From Candidatus Calescibacterium sp. (GTDB lineage Bacteria > Calescibacteriota > Calescibacteriia > Calescibacteriales > Calescibacteriaceae), in assembly GCA_032249135.1 (NCBI GenBank), contig JAVVGL010000020.1, forward strand, positions 1-35,834: DNA of 35,834 nt. Direction: 5' to 3'. Positions 27,020 through 35,834 of this stretch are shown one piece after another. Each line of letters opens with the position of its first letter. Within the stretch, counting starts at the first letter, position 1. The notes beneath the pieces are model-generated. The model did not search any database. It saw only the letters and a program-made list of their open reading frames with translations, and was not told the origin of the DNA. Position numbers and translations under genes: made by a program.

Positions 27020-27091
27020 TCGGGGCGACCGGATTTGAACCGGCGACCTTTGGCCCCCCATGCCAATGCGCTACCTCTGCGCCACGCCCCG
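27020..27091 (-). tRNA. tRNA-Pro(GGG), CCA not encoded
   Basis: CGGGGCG/CGCCCCG-A acceptor; anticodon arm TTGGC-ATGGGGG-GCCAA; GCCGG-TTCAAAT-CCGGT T arm. Confidence 0.95.
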
Positions 27092-27173
27092 ATTATACAA
27101 AAAATTATAAACATAAATTGCCATTTACCAGAAAATCAAAAATAAATAATAAGATTTAAGATTGGTTGGAAAC

Positions 27174-28286
27174 ATGAAAAACGAAAACAATAATAACGAA
27201 CAAAAGCTAATTGAAAATATACAAGAAAAAGAGGAGAATAGGAGGGAAAAGTACATACCAGAAAAATTTGTAGATTTTGTTAAAGTTTTTGTAAAGGGGG
27301 GTGATGGTGGAGATGGAGCGATAGCATTTCTGAGAGAAAAATTCAAACCAAAGGGTGGTCCAGCCGGTGGAGACGGAGGAAAAGGAGGAGATGTCATCTT
27401 TGTAGCAACATCACAAAAAACAACCCTTATTGATTTCAAATATAAAAAACATCTTATCGCTCAAAATGGAGAGAAAGGAAAAGGAAAAAATCAAAAAGGA
27501 AAAGATGGAGAAGACCTTATCGTCTTTGTTCCAGTAGGAACAGTAATAAAAGACGCCGAGACAGGTGAAATTCTCTGTGATCTTGATGAAGACGGGAAGA
27601 GCTTTGTCGCAGCAAGAGGGGGCAGAGGAGGGAGGGGGAACGCAAGATTTGCTACTCCGACAAATCAAGCTCCAAGATTTGCAGAAAAAGGAGAACCAGG
27701 AGAAAGAAGATGGCTTGTGCTTGAACTTAAACTGCTTGCAGATGTAGGAATTGTTGGACTACCTAATGCGGGGAAATCTTCACTTATAAGAGCTCTGACA
27801 CGAGCAAGACCAAAAGTAGCAGATTATCCATTTACAACTTTAACTCCGCAGCTTGGAATCTTGGAGATTGATGATCTCAAGATATGTGTGGCAGACATCC
27901 CAGGAATAATTGAGGGAGCATCTGAAGGAGCAGGTCTTGGATTAGATTTTCTTCGCCACATTCAAAGAACATCACTTTTAGTTTTTGTGATAGACCTTGC
28001 AAGGGAAGATATAAAGCCAGATAGAGCTTTTGAGATTCTAAAAAAAGAAATTAAAAACTACGATGCTGAAATTCTTAAAAAACCTAAAATCATAGTAGGT
28101 AATAAAATTGACCTTCTGAAAGAAGATGAGATAAAAAATTGGGAAAAATATTTTTCTTCTTTTGGATTAAAATTTATACCAATATCTGCCTTGCACAAGA
28201 TAAATATAGATGAACTCAAAAAAGTAATTGCTGAAGAGATAAAAATCATAAAGGAAGGGGGAAAAGAAAAAACAAACAAAAGATAG
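27174..28286 (+). CDS. obgE: GTPase ObgE/CgtA
   Basis: FVDFVKVFVKGGDGGDG, GGPAGGDGGKGG, GLPNAGKSS, YPFTTL, DIPG, NKID; N-terminal charged extension; ATG 27174 preferred. Confidence 0.97.
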   Translation: MKNENNNNEQKLIENIQEKEENRREKYIPEKFVDFVKVFVKGGDGGDGAIAFLREKFKPKGGPAGGDGGKGGDVIFVATSQKTTLIDFKYKKHLIAQNGEKGKGKNQKGKDGEDLIVFVPVGTVIKDAETGEILCDLDEDGKSFVAARGGRGGRGNARFATPTNQAPRFAEKGEPGERRWLVLELKLLADVGIVGLPNAGKSSLIRALTRARPKVADYPFTTLTPQLGILEIDDLKICVADIPGIIEGASEGAGLGLDFLRHIQRTSLLVFVIDLAREDIKPDRAFEILKKEIKNYDAEILKKPKIIVGNKIDLLKEDEIKNWEKYFSSFGLKFIPISALHKINIDELKKVIAEEIKIIKEGGKEKTNKR

Positions 28287-28312
28287 TAATGAAGAAAATA
28301 TAAATTGATCGA

Positions 28313-29008
28313 ATGAAAATAAAAGTAAGAGTGATGGATAATAAAGAAAAGGAAACAGAAAGAGAAAAAAGACAAGAATCAGAAATAAAAGATTACAGGG
28401 AAGAAACAAAAAAAATTCTTTTGAGCTTAGCAAGAAAAGCAATTGAAAGATACCTTGAAAAGGTTGAAGAAGGAATTATCGTTCCTCCACATGAAATAAT
28501 AGAGGAAAAAATAAGTGAAAAGGTAAAACGAGAAGCAAAATCAGAAGAAGAAATATCAATAAGCGATGAAATTCTCAAAGAGTTAGACGATGAAAAAGGG
28601 GTTTTTGTAACTTTGAGAAAAAATGGTGAAGTTAGAGGATGTATAGGAACACTGAAAGAAGATAAATTATGGATTCAGGTTCAAAAATATGCTGTTTTTT
28701 CTGCATTCAACGACCCCCGTTTCCCACCCCTTAGAAAAGATGAGTTACCCCAAATAAAAATAGAAATATCTGTAATAGAGAATATAGAAGACGTAAAAGA
28801 TGTTTCTGAAATAAAACTCGGCGAACATGGAATAATTTTAGATATGGGAGGGAAAGGAGGGGTTTTGCTTCCGGAGGTAGCAATAGAACATAATGTAAAA
28901 ACTCCTGAAGATTTTCTTGATATGCTCTGCAAAAAAATTGGGGTTCAAAAGGGGTTATGGAAAAAAGGTAAAATAAAAAAGTTCAAAACAAAAAAAATTT
29001 CGGAGTGA
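28313..29008 (+). CDS. AMMECR1 / AmmeMemoRadiSam protein A family
   Basis: LARKAI, GVFVTL...RGCIGT, AFNDPRFPPL, GEHGI, GVLLPEVA, LCKKIG. Confidence 0.9.
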   Translation: MKIKVRVMDNKEKETEREKRQESEIKDYREETKKILLSLARKAIERYLEKVEEGIIVPPHEIIEEKISEKVKREAKSEEEISISDEILKELDDEKGVFVTLRKNGEVRGCIGTLKEDKLWIQVQKYAVFSAFNDPRFPPLRKDELPQIKIEISVIENIEDVKDVSEIKLGEHGIILDMGGKGGVLLPEVAIEHNVKTPEDFLDMLCKKIGVQKGLWKKGKIKKFKTKKISE

Positions 29009-29074
29009 ATCAAAAAGTCAAATAAAATCTCTGATCAATTTTTGTAAAATTATTTTAAACGAAAATATCTGAAA

Positions 29075-29863
29075 ATGAAAAAGTATCACACGATAGTAAG
29101 GATAATCTCTTTTGTCAGTTTCTTTATTTTTTTTGTGATTTGGAGCGATAAAGGATTTGGGGCAACGCCGCCTGACCGTCCAACACCACCCATACCACCT
29201 ATAAATATTCAGGTTGGTGAAGGTCGTGAAGGTTTTCTTAATGCAATAAGGATAGTTATACTTTTAACTATACTAACACTCGCTCCATCTTTGCTTGTGC
29301 TTATGACTTCTTTTACAAGAATAGTTATTGTTCTTTTTCTTTTGAGGCAAGCAATAGGAGTTGTGCAAGTACCACCAAATCAGGTCCTTATTGGACTTGC
29401 TCTATTTTTATCTATTTACATAATGAAACCAGCGTTAGAGCAAAGTTATAATTCAGCTTACAAACCTTATGCGGAGGGAAAAATAGATGAGAAAGCTTTC
29501 ATTCAAAAAGCTTTTGAACCAATAAGGAAATTTATGTTAAACCAAGTTGGGGAAAAAGAACTTGATGTTTTTCTGAAAATAGCAGGAAAACCCAGACCAT
29601 CAAATCCATCAGAAATTGGAGCAGATGTTCTTATTCCGGCATTCATAATATCAGAATTGAAAAAGGGATTTGAAATAGGGTTTCTGATTTATATACCATT
29701 CATAATAATAGATATAGTGATAGCTTCAATACTTATGTCTATGGGAATGATAATGGTTCCGCCTATAATGTTGTCCGTTCCTTTCAAACTTATAGCATTT
29801 GTTTTAGCTGACGGATGGACCTTACTTGTAAATTCCCTTGTCGTAAGTTTTAATGTAAAATAA
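29075..29863 (+). CDS. fliP: Flagellar export pore protein FliP
   Basis: LTLAPSLLVLMTSFTRIVIVL, PPNQVLIGLALFL, LIPAFIISELK, SILMSMGMIMVPP, PFKL...DGW; N-terminal signal. Confidence 0.95.
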   Translation: MKKYHTIVRIISFVSFFIFFVIWSDKGFGATPPDRPTPPIPPINIQVGEGREGFLNAIRIVILLTILTLAPSLLVLMTSFTRIVIVLFLLRQAIGVVQVPPNQVLIGLALFLSIYIMKPALEQSYNSAYKPYAEGKIDEKAFIQKAFEPIRKFMLNQVGEKELDVFLKIAGKPRPSNPSEIGADVLIPAFIISELKKGFEIGFLIYIPFIIIDIVIASILMSMGMIMVPPIMLSVPFKLIAFVLADGWTLLVNSLVVSFNVK

Positions 29864-29901
29864 AATTGTAAAAAAATAAAACAAAAGTAAATCTTGATTT
29901 A

Positions 29902-30285
29902 TTAAATGAATAATTCTAAAACTTCAAAGTTCCCATATACAAATTTATCTACCAGAAAGCAAGATTTGATTTTACCTCCAAACCTACAAATTACAAGAAC
30001 ATTATTATGAGATACAGGACGGGATAAAATTTGAAATTTATTTTCATCCACAAAAATAAAAAGATCAATACCTAAAAAGTTTTTACAAACCTCAATTTTG
30101 AAATCTTCAATTTTTGAAATGACTTCTTTTATAGAACTTGGAACCTTGCCGCGTAAAATAAAGTTGAGTTTTTCATCACGGGTGAGGAAATTTGTAAAAA
30201 ATGCATCATATCTTTTGAGGGGAATGTTTTTGAAAATTCCATCTTCGTCGTAAATAAAAGCTTTTTTCACTTTAAATTTTTTCAT
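29902..30285 (-). CDS. Hypothetical protein
   Basis: 127-aa ATG ORF filling the gap, co-oriented with the upstream barrel gene; no motif recognised. Confidence 0.6.
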   Translation of the reverse strand: MKKFKVKKAFIYDEDGIFKNIPLKRYDAFFTNFLTRDEKLNFILRGKVPSSIKEVISKIEDFKIEVCKNFLGIDLFIFVDENKFQILSRPVSHNNVLVICRFGGKIKSCFLVDKFVYGNFEVLELFI

Positions 30286-30309
30286 TTATATAAATTTCTT
30301 GAAATCTCA

Positions 30310-31926
30310 TCAGAAAAGGTAAGTAAATCTGAGTTGAGCTTTAAATGTGTTTTTCTTTTCAGGTAAAGCATCGCGAAGCGCTCTACCCAAAATAAGGTAT
30401 CCAAGTTGTGTCCCGAACTCAAAATTTTCTGTTCCTATCCTGACTCCCCAATCTATCTCAACTCCTAAAAGACCTTTCTTTGCTTCTCTTCCGAACAGAG
30501 GATTACCAGATATTGGGTCTATCAAAGTATTTTGATTTGAGAAAGCTAAAAGAACGCTCAAATAAGTTCCAACAGCTTCAAATGGGAACAAACCAAATGT
30601 TGGCATCAAAAACCATGCTCCGGATACCCCTCCCTTTGTCCCAAAAAATTCCCCGCCTTTCTTATATATATTATCAATTCTTGCTGCTATACCCTGACCT
30701 GTATATCTTGCCATAATATCCTCAAAGAGTATGAAACCTGCATTATAATCTGGGTGAAAACTCCAACTTTTGATTTTATTGTCTTTTGGATTATCGTCTC
30801 CGCTTGCCCATCCACCATCTAACATCAATTTCAAAAGTCCAGTCTCATATTTTACTCTTCCTGCAAAGTTTAAAGCAAAAATGCTATATCTTCTGAAAGA
30901 ATCAAGAATTGGGATTAAGTCTTTTCCTATATTTCCTGATATAATGTTTGCCTCAGCCTCAAATGAAAAGCCGGTCCAAGGAGTCAAAGATATATAAGGA
31001 AGTAAAAAGTAGTACTCTGTTTGTTTTGATGATGAATAAACTGCTCCTCCATACAAAGATGCTGAAAACTTATCTGACACAAAAGAAGGGACCAAAAATG
31101 GATTTACTAAATTTTCTCTCGTCTCACCGAGTTCAGATAAAAGGAAATCAAAACCTGTATCTACTTTGAAACTATCTGATACTTTTACTCCGAGTTTTAA
31201 TCTATCTCGTGTTGAGCCGAAATGAGCATCTCCCCACAAGTTTCTGAACCAGTTCCCATCGTTGTAAAAAATTCCTAAACCATAATGAACAGGTTGTCTC
31301 CCAATACTTACGCTCAAAGGCAAGGTTAAGATTGAATCTATCTCACCCCAGAATCTTTTTACTGCAAATATACGAGGAATACCTTTACATTCGGCAAAAT
31401 TATTACCTTCGTTGTAATTTTCACATAGTATTTCCCCTGGTGTAAAGCCTTTAATTCCTTCTCCCCAAACTATATCATCAAAAACATCAACCTGGCCTAC
31501 CAGCCTTAATGTTGGAGAGATATTAAAATGTGGGTCAAGTCTCAATCTTGATTGTATATAAAAAGGATTTTTATATTTTAACTCCAAATTTTGAACTTCC
31601 GGTATTCCAGAGTAAAAGAAAAATCTTGACCTGAAATACCCTTTTAAAGTAAGAAGTTCTGGCTTTTCTTCTTCTCGTGCAACTTCATAAGGCAAAGATG
31701 GTTCTTCTTCAATTATTGTTTCAATTTCTTCTTCTCCCTCCTCCTCACCTACATCTTCTTTTTCGGGTTGTTCTTTGGATTGTTCTTCTTGGTTCTGCTG
31801 CAATACTAATCCTTTTATATTATTTTCTCTCTCCTCAATTATCTGAGAAGCTTGATTATGAGTTATCTTGTAGTTGAAAAGTGAATTTCCTAATGTGCTA
31901 AAAATAAAAACGATTTCTGGTATCAT
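30310..31926 (-). CDS. Outer-membrane beta-barrel protein (alginate-export/TIGR04551-like)
   Basis: Acidic N-terminal linker, GYFRSR, RLRLDP, IGRQPVHYGLGI..NDG, GWASGDD, FHPDY, C-terminal AQLRFTYLF beta-signal; SD GGAGG. Confidence 0.7.
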   Translation of the reverse strand: MIPEIVFIFSTLGNSLFNYKITHNQASQIIEERENNIKGLVLQQNQEEQSKEQPEKEDVGEEEGEEEIETIIEEEPSLPYEVAREEEKPELLTLKGYFRSRFFFYSGIPEVQNLELKYKNPFYIQSRLRLDPHFNISPTLRLVGQVDVFDDIVWGEGIKGFTPGEILCENYNEGNNFAECKGIPRIFAVKRFWGEIDSILTLPLSVSIGRQPVHYGLGIFYNDGNWFRNLWGDAHFGSTRDRLKLGVKVSDSFKVDTGFDFLLSELGETRENLVNPFLVPSFVSDKFSASLYGGAVYSSSKQTEYYFLLPYISLTPWTGFSFEAEANIISGNIGKDLIPILDSFRRYSIFALNFAGRVKYETGLLKLMLDGGWASGDDNPKDNKIKSWSFHPDYNAGFILFEDIMARYTGQGIAARIDNIYKKGGEFFGTKGGVSGAWFLMPTFGLFPFEAVGTYLSVLLAFSNQNTLIDPISGNPLFGREAKKGLLGVEIDWGVRIGTENFEFGTQLGYLILGRALRDALPEKKNTFKAQLRFTYLF

Positions 31927-32100
31927 TTTTTGACCTCCGTTCTTTTTTATTATCTTTATTATCTTTATTTAATTATCTTTACTATTCTTATTTACTTATT
32001 CTCATTTTTATCTTTTTTCTTATTTTCTTTAATTTTACTTTTTTCAATTATATTTTTCATATCTTGTGATTAGTTTTTTAATAACTAGCAACTTGGGTTA

Positions 32101-33594
32101 TTAATATTTTTCTCCATGTCTTTTTACTCTAAAGTGTATGGGAGAGCCGTAAAATCCGTAAAGTTGTCTTATTATTTTTTGGATATGCATTATCTGATGT
32201 TTTCTCAGGTGTTCGGGTTCATTTACATAAACCAAAAAGGTTGGAGGTTTTATACCTACCTGAAATATTTTCGGGTTCTGATTTTTCATAAAATCAAGTT
32301 GAATGAGTTTTTCTCTTATTTTGAGAAGCTCGGAAGGTTTCAAAGCTTTTGTCCACTCCTTATAGCTTGAATATATAGCTTCTAAAAGAGAGGGAATTCC
32401 GTATCCTGTTTTCGCAGATACTGGAATAAAGTAAGCCCATTTTATGAATTTCGCTGAATTTTTCAAAGCTTCAACTATTTTACCTATACCTCCTGCCGGT
32501 TTTAGCTCACGTATAATATCTATCTTGTTGAGAGCTACAACTAAGGCTCTACCCCTTCTTTCTATTAAAGATGCAATATGTTTATCCTGATGTGTTATTC
32601 CTTCAAGTGAATCTATAACCAAAATACATACATCTGATACAAAAATTGCTGTCAAGGACCTTCCTACTGATTTAAATTCAACTCCTTCTTTATCTATTTT
32701 TGATTTCTTTCTTATTCCGGGAGTATCTACAAGAATAAATTTTTTCCCTTCGTATTCAAAAGGAATTCTTACTGCATCTCTTGTAGTTCCAGGTTCATCA
32801 TAAACTATACATCTTGGATAACCTAATATTTTGTTTATGAGAGAAGATTTTCCAACATTTGGTCTTCCGACAAACGATATTCTTATTTTCTCTGCTCTTT
32901 CTTTTTTTACCAAAGTTTTCCCTTTTTCTATTAATTCTTTTGAAATTTCTTCTATTTCTTTTTCTCTCTGTTTTTCAATTTCAAGTTCAAGTTTGCTCAA
33001 ACTCTCTTTGCCTATAAGGATTTGAGTTTCGTCTTCAAGGATTTTCTCTTTCTCGTTGGAAATTTTTTCTTTTTCACGAGAGCTTTTCCCTTTGCTTTCA
33101 ATCTTTTCTGAAATTTCATCAAGCTTTTCAAAGATTTTTTCAATATTTTTTTTGTGTAGTGCAGAAACTGCAATAAAATCATCTCCTAAAATGTGAAAAT
33201 CTTGATAAATAAGTAGCTCTTCTTTTTTTGAATCTACTTTATTTACTACGAATATGTAGGGTTTTCCTGATTTTATTACTCTATCTCTTATTTTTTTATC
33301 TATCTCTGAAAAACCAGATTTTGCATCAAATACGCAAATCAATATATCAGCTTCATTTATAGCTTTTTCTGTTTGTTCTTCCATAATTTTTTGTAAGGGA
33401 TGACCTTCATATGGTGCATAGCCAGCTGTATCCATAAGAACATAGTCTATTTTTTTTGAGTGAGCTATTGCCTCTACTATGTCTCTTGTTGTCCCAGGTT
33501 CTTTCCATGTTATTGAAACGGAGGAACCGACCATAGCGTTAAAAAGGGTTGATTTTCCTGAATTAACTTTACCTATTATTGCAACTTTTACCAT
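32101..33594 (-). CDS. der: Ribosome biogenesis GTPase Der/EngA
   Basis: Two G domains (GKVNSGKS...TTRD...DTAG...NKVD and GRPNVGKSS...TTRD...DTPG...NKID) and a C-terminal KPPTF...YGFYGSPI domain. Confidence 0.95.
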   Translation of the reverse strand: MVKVAIIGKVNSGKSTLFNAMVGSSVSITWKEPGTTRDIVEAIAHSKKIDYVLMDTAGYAPYEGHPLQKIMEEQTEKAINEADILICVFDAKSGFSEIDKKIRDRVIKSGKPYIFVVNKVDSKKEELLIYQDFHILGDDFIAVSALHKKNIEKIFEKLDEISEKIESKGKSSREKEKISNEKEKILEDETQILIGKESLSKLELEIEKQREKEIEEISKELIEKGKTLVKKERAEKIRISFVGRPNVGKSSLINKILGYPRCIVYDEPGTTRDAVRIPFEYEGKKFILVDTPGIRKKSKIDKEGVEFKSVGRSLTAIFVSDVCILVIDSLEGITHQDKHIASLIERRGRALVVALNKIDIIRELKPAGGIGKIVEALKNSAKFIKWAYFIPVSAKTGYGIPSLLEAIYSSYKEWTKALKPSELLKIREKLIQLDFMKNQNPKIFQVGIKPPTFLVYVNEPEHLRKHQIMHIQKIIRQLYGFYGSPIHFRVKRHGEKY

Positions 33595-33625
33595 GGGAGC
33601 TCAAATTATTTTCTGTTTTTACTTT

Positions 33626-34942
33626 TTATTGCAGAAGCAACGAGTAAATATAGATTATATATGTTGGATTTTTCTCTAATATTTTTGGTAGCAAAGATTT
33701 TATAATCTCGTTTGCTTCTTTTTCTTTTCCCTGAAATTTGAAAAATTTTGCTGCTTTTATATTTCCTAAAATATCTATTTTTCTTTTTTTCAGAGCACCA
33801 AAACCGTCTTCTTTATAATCAAAGAAAAGATTTTTTCCTCTTTTTGAATACAGAATTTCCTCTAATTCTTTTATTTTTTCTTCTGGATAATTTTTCATTT
33901 TTGAAAAAGTAATAAGTGCTTGGGTTAAATCTGCTGTCATATTCTCTACATTCTTTTTTTCTGAGTGAAATACTTTTTTCCCTGATATCAAAGATTCAGA
34001 AACTTTATTTACTACCTTTTGAGCAAGGTCTAACTCTCCAAGATCTATTAACATTTCTGCAATTTCAAGGTTTTTTCCTGAAAATAATCTTTCATCTTTT
34101 GGAGGTTTTTGTCTTATTTCTCTTATGCTTTTTGTTGATTTGTAGTATTCTTGATCTTCACCTATAAGGTTTATAAAGTATTCGCCGTTGAAAAATGTTT
34201 TTGAAAAATCAAGTTGTTTTTCTGCTTTTTCTTGTATGGCTTTATCGTTAAACTTTTCTCCAAATCTTTTTAGTTCAAGAGCATATCTTACATTCTCGTC
34301 TGAACTTTTAAATGTTGAAAATTTTAACGGATTTTCATATGAGCTACCGGAAAATATTCCACCTTCTACTTTATCCTCTGCCATTTCAAGTAAATTCAGA
34401 GTTTTTCTTGCTTCCGTTTCGTTCCCAATTTTTATCCACATACTTAATATTTCCAGAAGAAGTTTTGTTGACGGAATTTTAGCTTCTACCACTCTTTTTG
34501 CGACATTTTGAGCTAAATCTTGTAGTCTTATTTCTGAAATATCTATATCATTTTCCGGTTCTTCATCTTCCTCTAATTCTTCTGCTCCATATTTTTCTAT
34601 TATTTCTTTTTCTCGTGTTATGAGTGTTCCTAATTCAATCATAAACTTTATGAAACTTTCATAATCACACAGTGTTCCCCCTCCTAATGTTCTTCCATCT
34701 TGTGTGGTTATTGAAACAGATGGAGTTGCTCCAAAACCATATCTTATGAAAACATCTGGTCTTTCATCTACATCTACTTTTACGGGTATGTATCTTGATG
34801 TTAGCGTTTCTATTCCTTTTCTGCCGAAAACTCCTTTTTCCATAAATTCGCTTTCTTCTTCTCCAAATCTCCTTATGAATATGAGTTTATATCTTTGGTC
34901 TGCTTTTAGTTTCTCATCATTCCATTCTTCCCAATTTATCAT
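33626..34942 (-). CDS. DUF255/YyaL-like thioredoxin-domain protein, degenerate
   Basis: INWEEW, YIPVKVDVDERPDV..RY, DKVEGGIF, PPKDERLFSGKN; CxxC absent. Confidence 0.7.
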   Translation of the reverse strand: MINWEEWNDEKLKADQRYKLIFIRRFGEEESEFMEKGVFGRKGIETLTSRYIPVKVDVDERPDVFIRYGFGATPSVSITTQDGRTLGGGTLCDYESFIKFMIELGTLITREKEIIEKYGAEELEEDEEPENDIDISEIRLQDLAQNVAKRVVEAKIPSTKLLLEILSMWIKIGNETEARKTLNLLEMAEDKVEGGIFSGSSYENPLKFSTFKSSDENVRYALELKRFGEKFNDKAIQEKAEKQLDFSKTFFNGEYFINLIGEDQEYYKSTKSIREIRQKPPKDERLFSGKNLEIAEMLIDLGELDLAQKVVNKVSESLISGKKVFHSEKKNVENMTADLTQALITFSKMKNYPEEKIKELEEILYSKRGKNLFFDYKEDGFGALKKRKIDILGNIKAAKFFKFQGKEKEANEIIKSLLPKILEKNPTYIIYIYSLLLQ

Positions 34943-35231
34943 AATTATTCAACTTTATTACTTTGATTTTGTAGCTTGAAAATTCCTGTTGTTTTTGTTT
35001 TGTGTGTTTATTTTAACAGCCTACCATTAAAATTGCATAGACTTTGTAATTTCAAATAAAAAGAGAGAATTTTCTGGGATTTTCCATGCAAAATCTGGTA
35101 TTTCAAAACAAATCAAAAAAATTTTAGAGATAAAACATATGATATAAGTCTCTAAAACAAAAAAAGTAAAATTAACTAATAAGCGAGATACTTTATTCCG
35201 GAATAAGTAAAATTCAAAACAAAATTTTGGA

Positions 35232-35834
35232 ATGAAGAATAAAGTAAAACAACAAAGAGAAAAAAGAGAATATAAGCATAAAAGAGAATATAGGCATAAA
35301 AAAGAGCTGAAAAGATTTGACCTTATTTTAAAAGAGATTATCTCAAGAGCCGCAAGCAAAATTATATGGTTAGCAACTGGCAGAAAGATAGAAGGCAAAC
35401 TCAAAATGTTTCCAGCAGAAATAAGGTTAGCGAAATCTTTCTATACGGATATTTTGTTTGAGATAGGAGGCGAGATTTTTCAGATTGAAATCCAAGCTCA
35501 GCAGGATAAAACCATGCCAGAAAGAATGTTCAAGTATTACTATGCAATAGTAGAAAAATACAAAAAAGAACCTACGCAAATTGTTTTATTCGTTGGAAGA
35601 GGGAAACCTCCTCCCTCAGATTACAAAACTCCCAAACTAACTTTAAAATATGAAGTTTTAGATATGAAGAGGATAGACCCTGATGTTTTCATAAAGAGCC
35701 GGAAGCCGGAGGAGGTCATCGTCGGAGTTTTAGCTGGAAAATACAGAGAAAAACCAGAGGCATTCAGGAAAGTTGTGAAAAGGATTTCAGAAATTGTCAA
35801 AAGCGAAAAAGAAGTTATAAAATATATGAATGAT
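35232..35834 (+). CDS. Rpn/YhgA-like PD-(D/E)XK nuclease family protein, copy 2 (truncated by window end; absent from the ORF track)
   Basis: 201 open codons: MKNKVKQQREKREYKHKREYRHKKELKRFDLILKEI...FYTDILFEIGGEIFQIEIQ...MPERMFKY...; clear paralog of 16908-17882. Confidence 0.88.
   Translation, partial: MKNKVKQQREKREYKHKREYRHKKELKRFDLILKEIISRAASKIIWLATGRKIEGKLKMFPAEIRLAKSFYTDILFEIGGEIFQIEIQAQQDKTMPERMFKYYYAIVEKYKKEPTQIVLFVGRGKPPPSDYKTPKLTLKYEVLDMKRIDPDVFIKSRKPEEVIVGVLAGKYREKPEAFRKVVKRISEIVKSEKEVIKYMND

Noticed and set aside
27011-27061. N-terminal extension of thioredoxin in the ORF track (MGGQRSPVQIRSPR)
   Set aside because: This is the tRNA-Pro sequence; the real start is ATG 27010
31930-32100. 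AT-rich TTATTATCTT-like repeats
   Set aside because: Low-complexity intergenic DNA with no supportable structure
35027-35404. 125-aa minus-strand ORF
   Set aside because: Antisense to Rpn copy 2 and its leader; Phe/Leu-rich artefact of A-rich DNA

Overview
Low-GC bacterial chromosome segment from a diderm organism (outer-membrane beta-barrel, lipoproteins, FliP). The very K/E-rich proteins suggest a thermophile, which is an inference. The centrepiece is a clade II (Sec-exported) nitrous oxide reductase cluster on the minus strand: nosB-nosZ-small unknown secreted protein-[Rpn nuclease gene, opposite strand]-nosD-nosF-nosL-nosY. It is preceded by a near-consensus sigma54 -24/-12 promoter and two tandem palindromes that look like enhancer sites. 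Up to three places in the cluster are one base short in a homopolymer. One is an in-phase A_AAA_AAG motif between the SD-led ATG and the body of nosZ. Others are a split in nosB and possibly the nosD/nosF junction. Housekeeping genes in the window are intact, so recoding, decay and assembly error all need testing. Also present: a frameshifted TnpB, a Ski2/Hel308-like helicase, tandem membrane-anchored coiled-coil paralogs, and a TRL-like lipoprotein plus a paralog with an in-frame TGA at a Cys position. Two CCA-less tRNAs (Ala-CGC, Pro-GGG) each lie exactly 9 nt before an SD-less ATG. The rest are ccmF, acyl-CoA synthetase, adk, glgA, an epimerase, cytochrome c-FTR1 permease, diguanylate cyclase, sufD, trxA, obgE, AMMECR1-family, fliP, der, a degenerate DUF255 protein and a second, partial Rpn gene. 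No CRISPR array or rRNA was seen. All calls are from manual motif reading; no searches were run.
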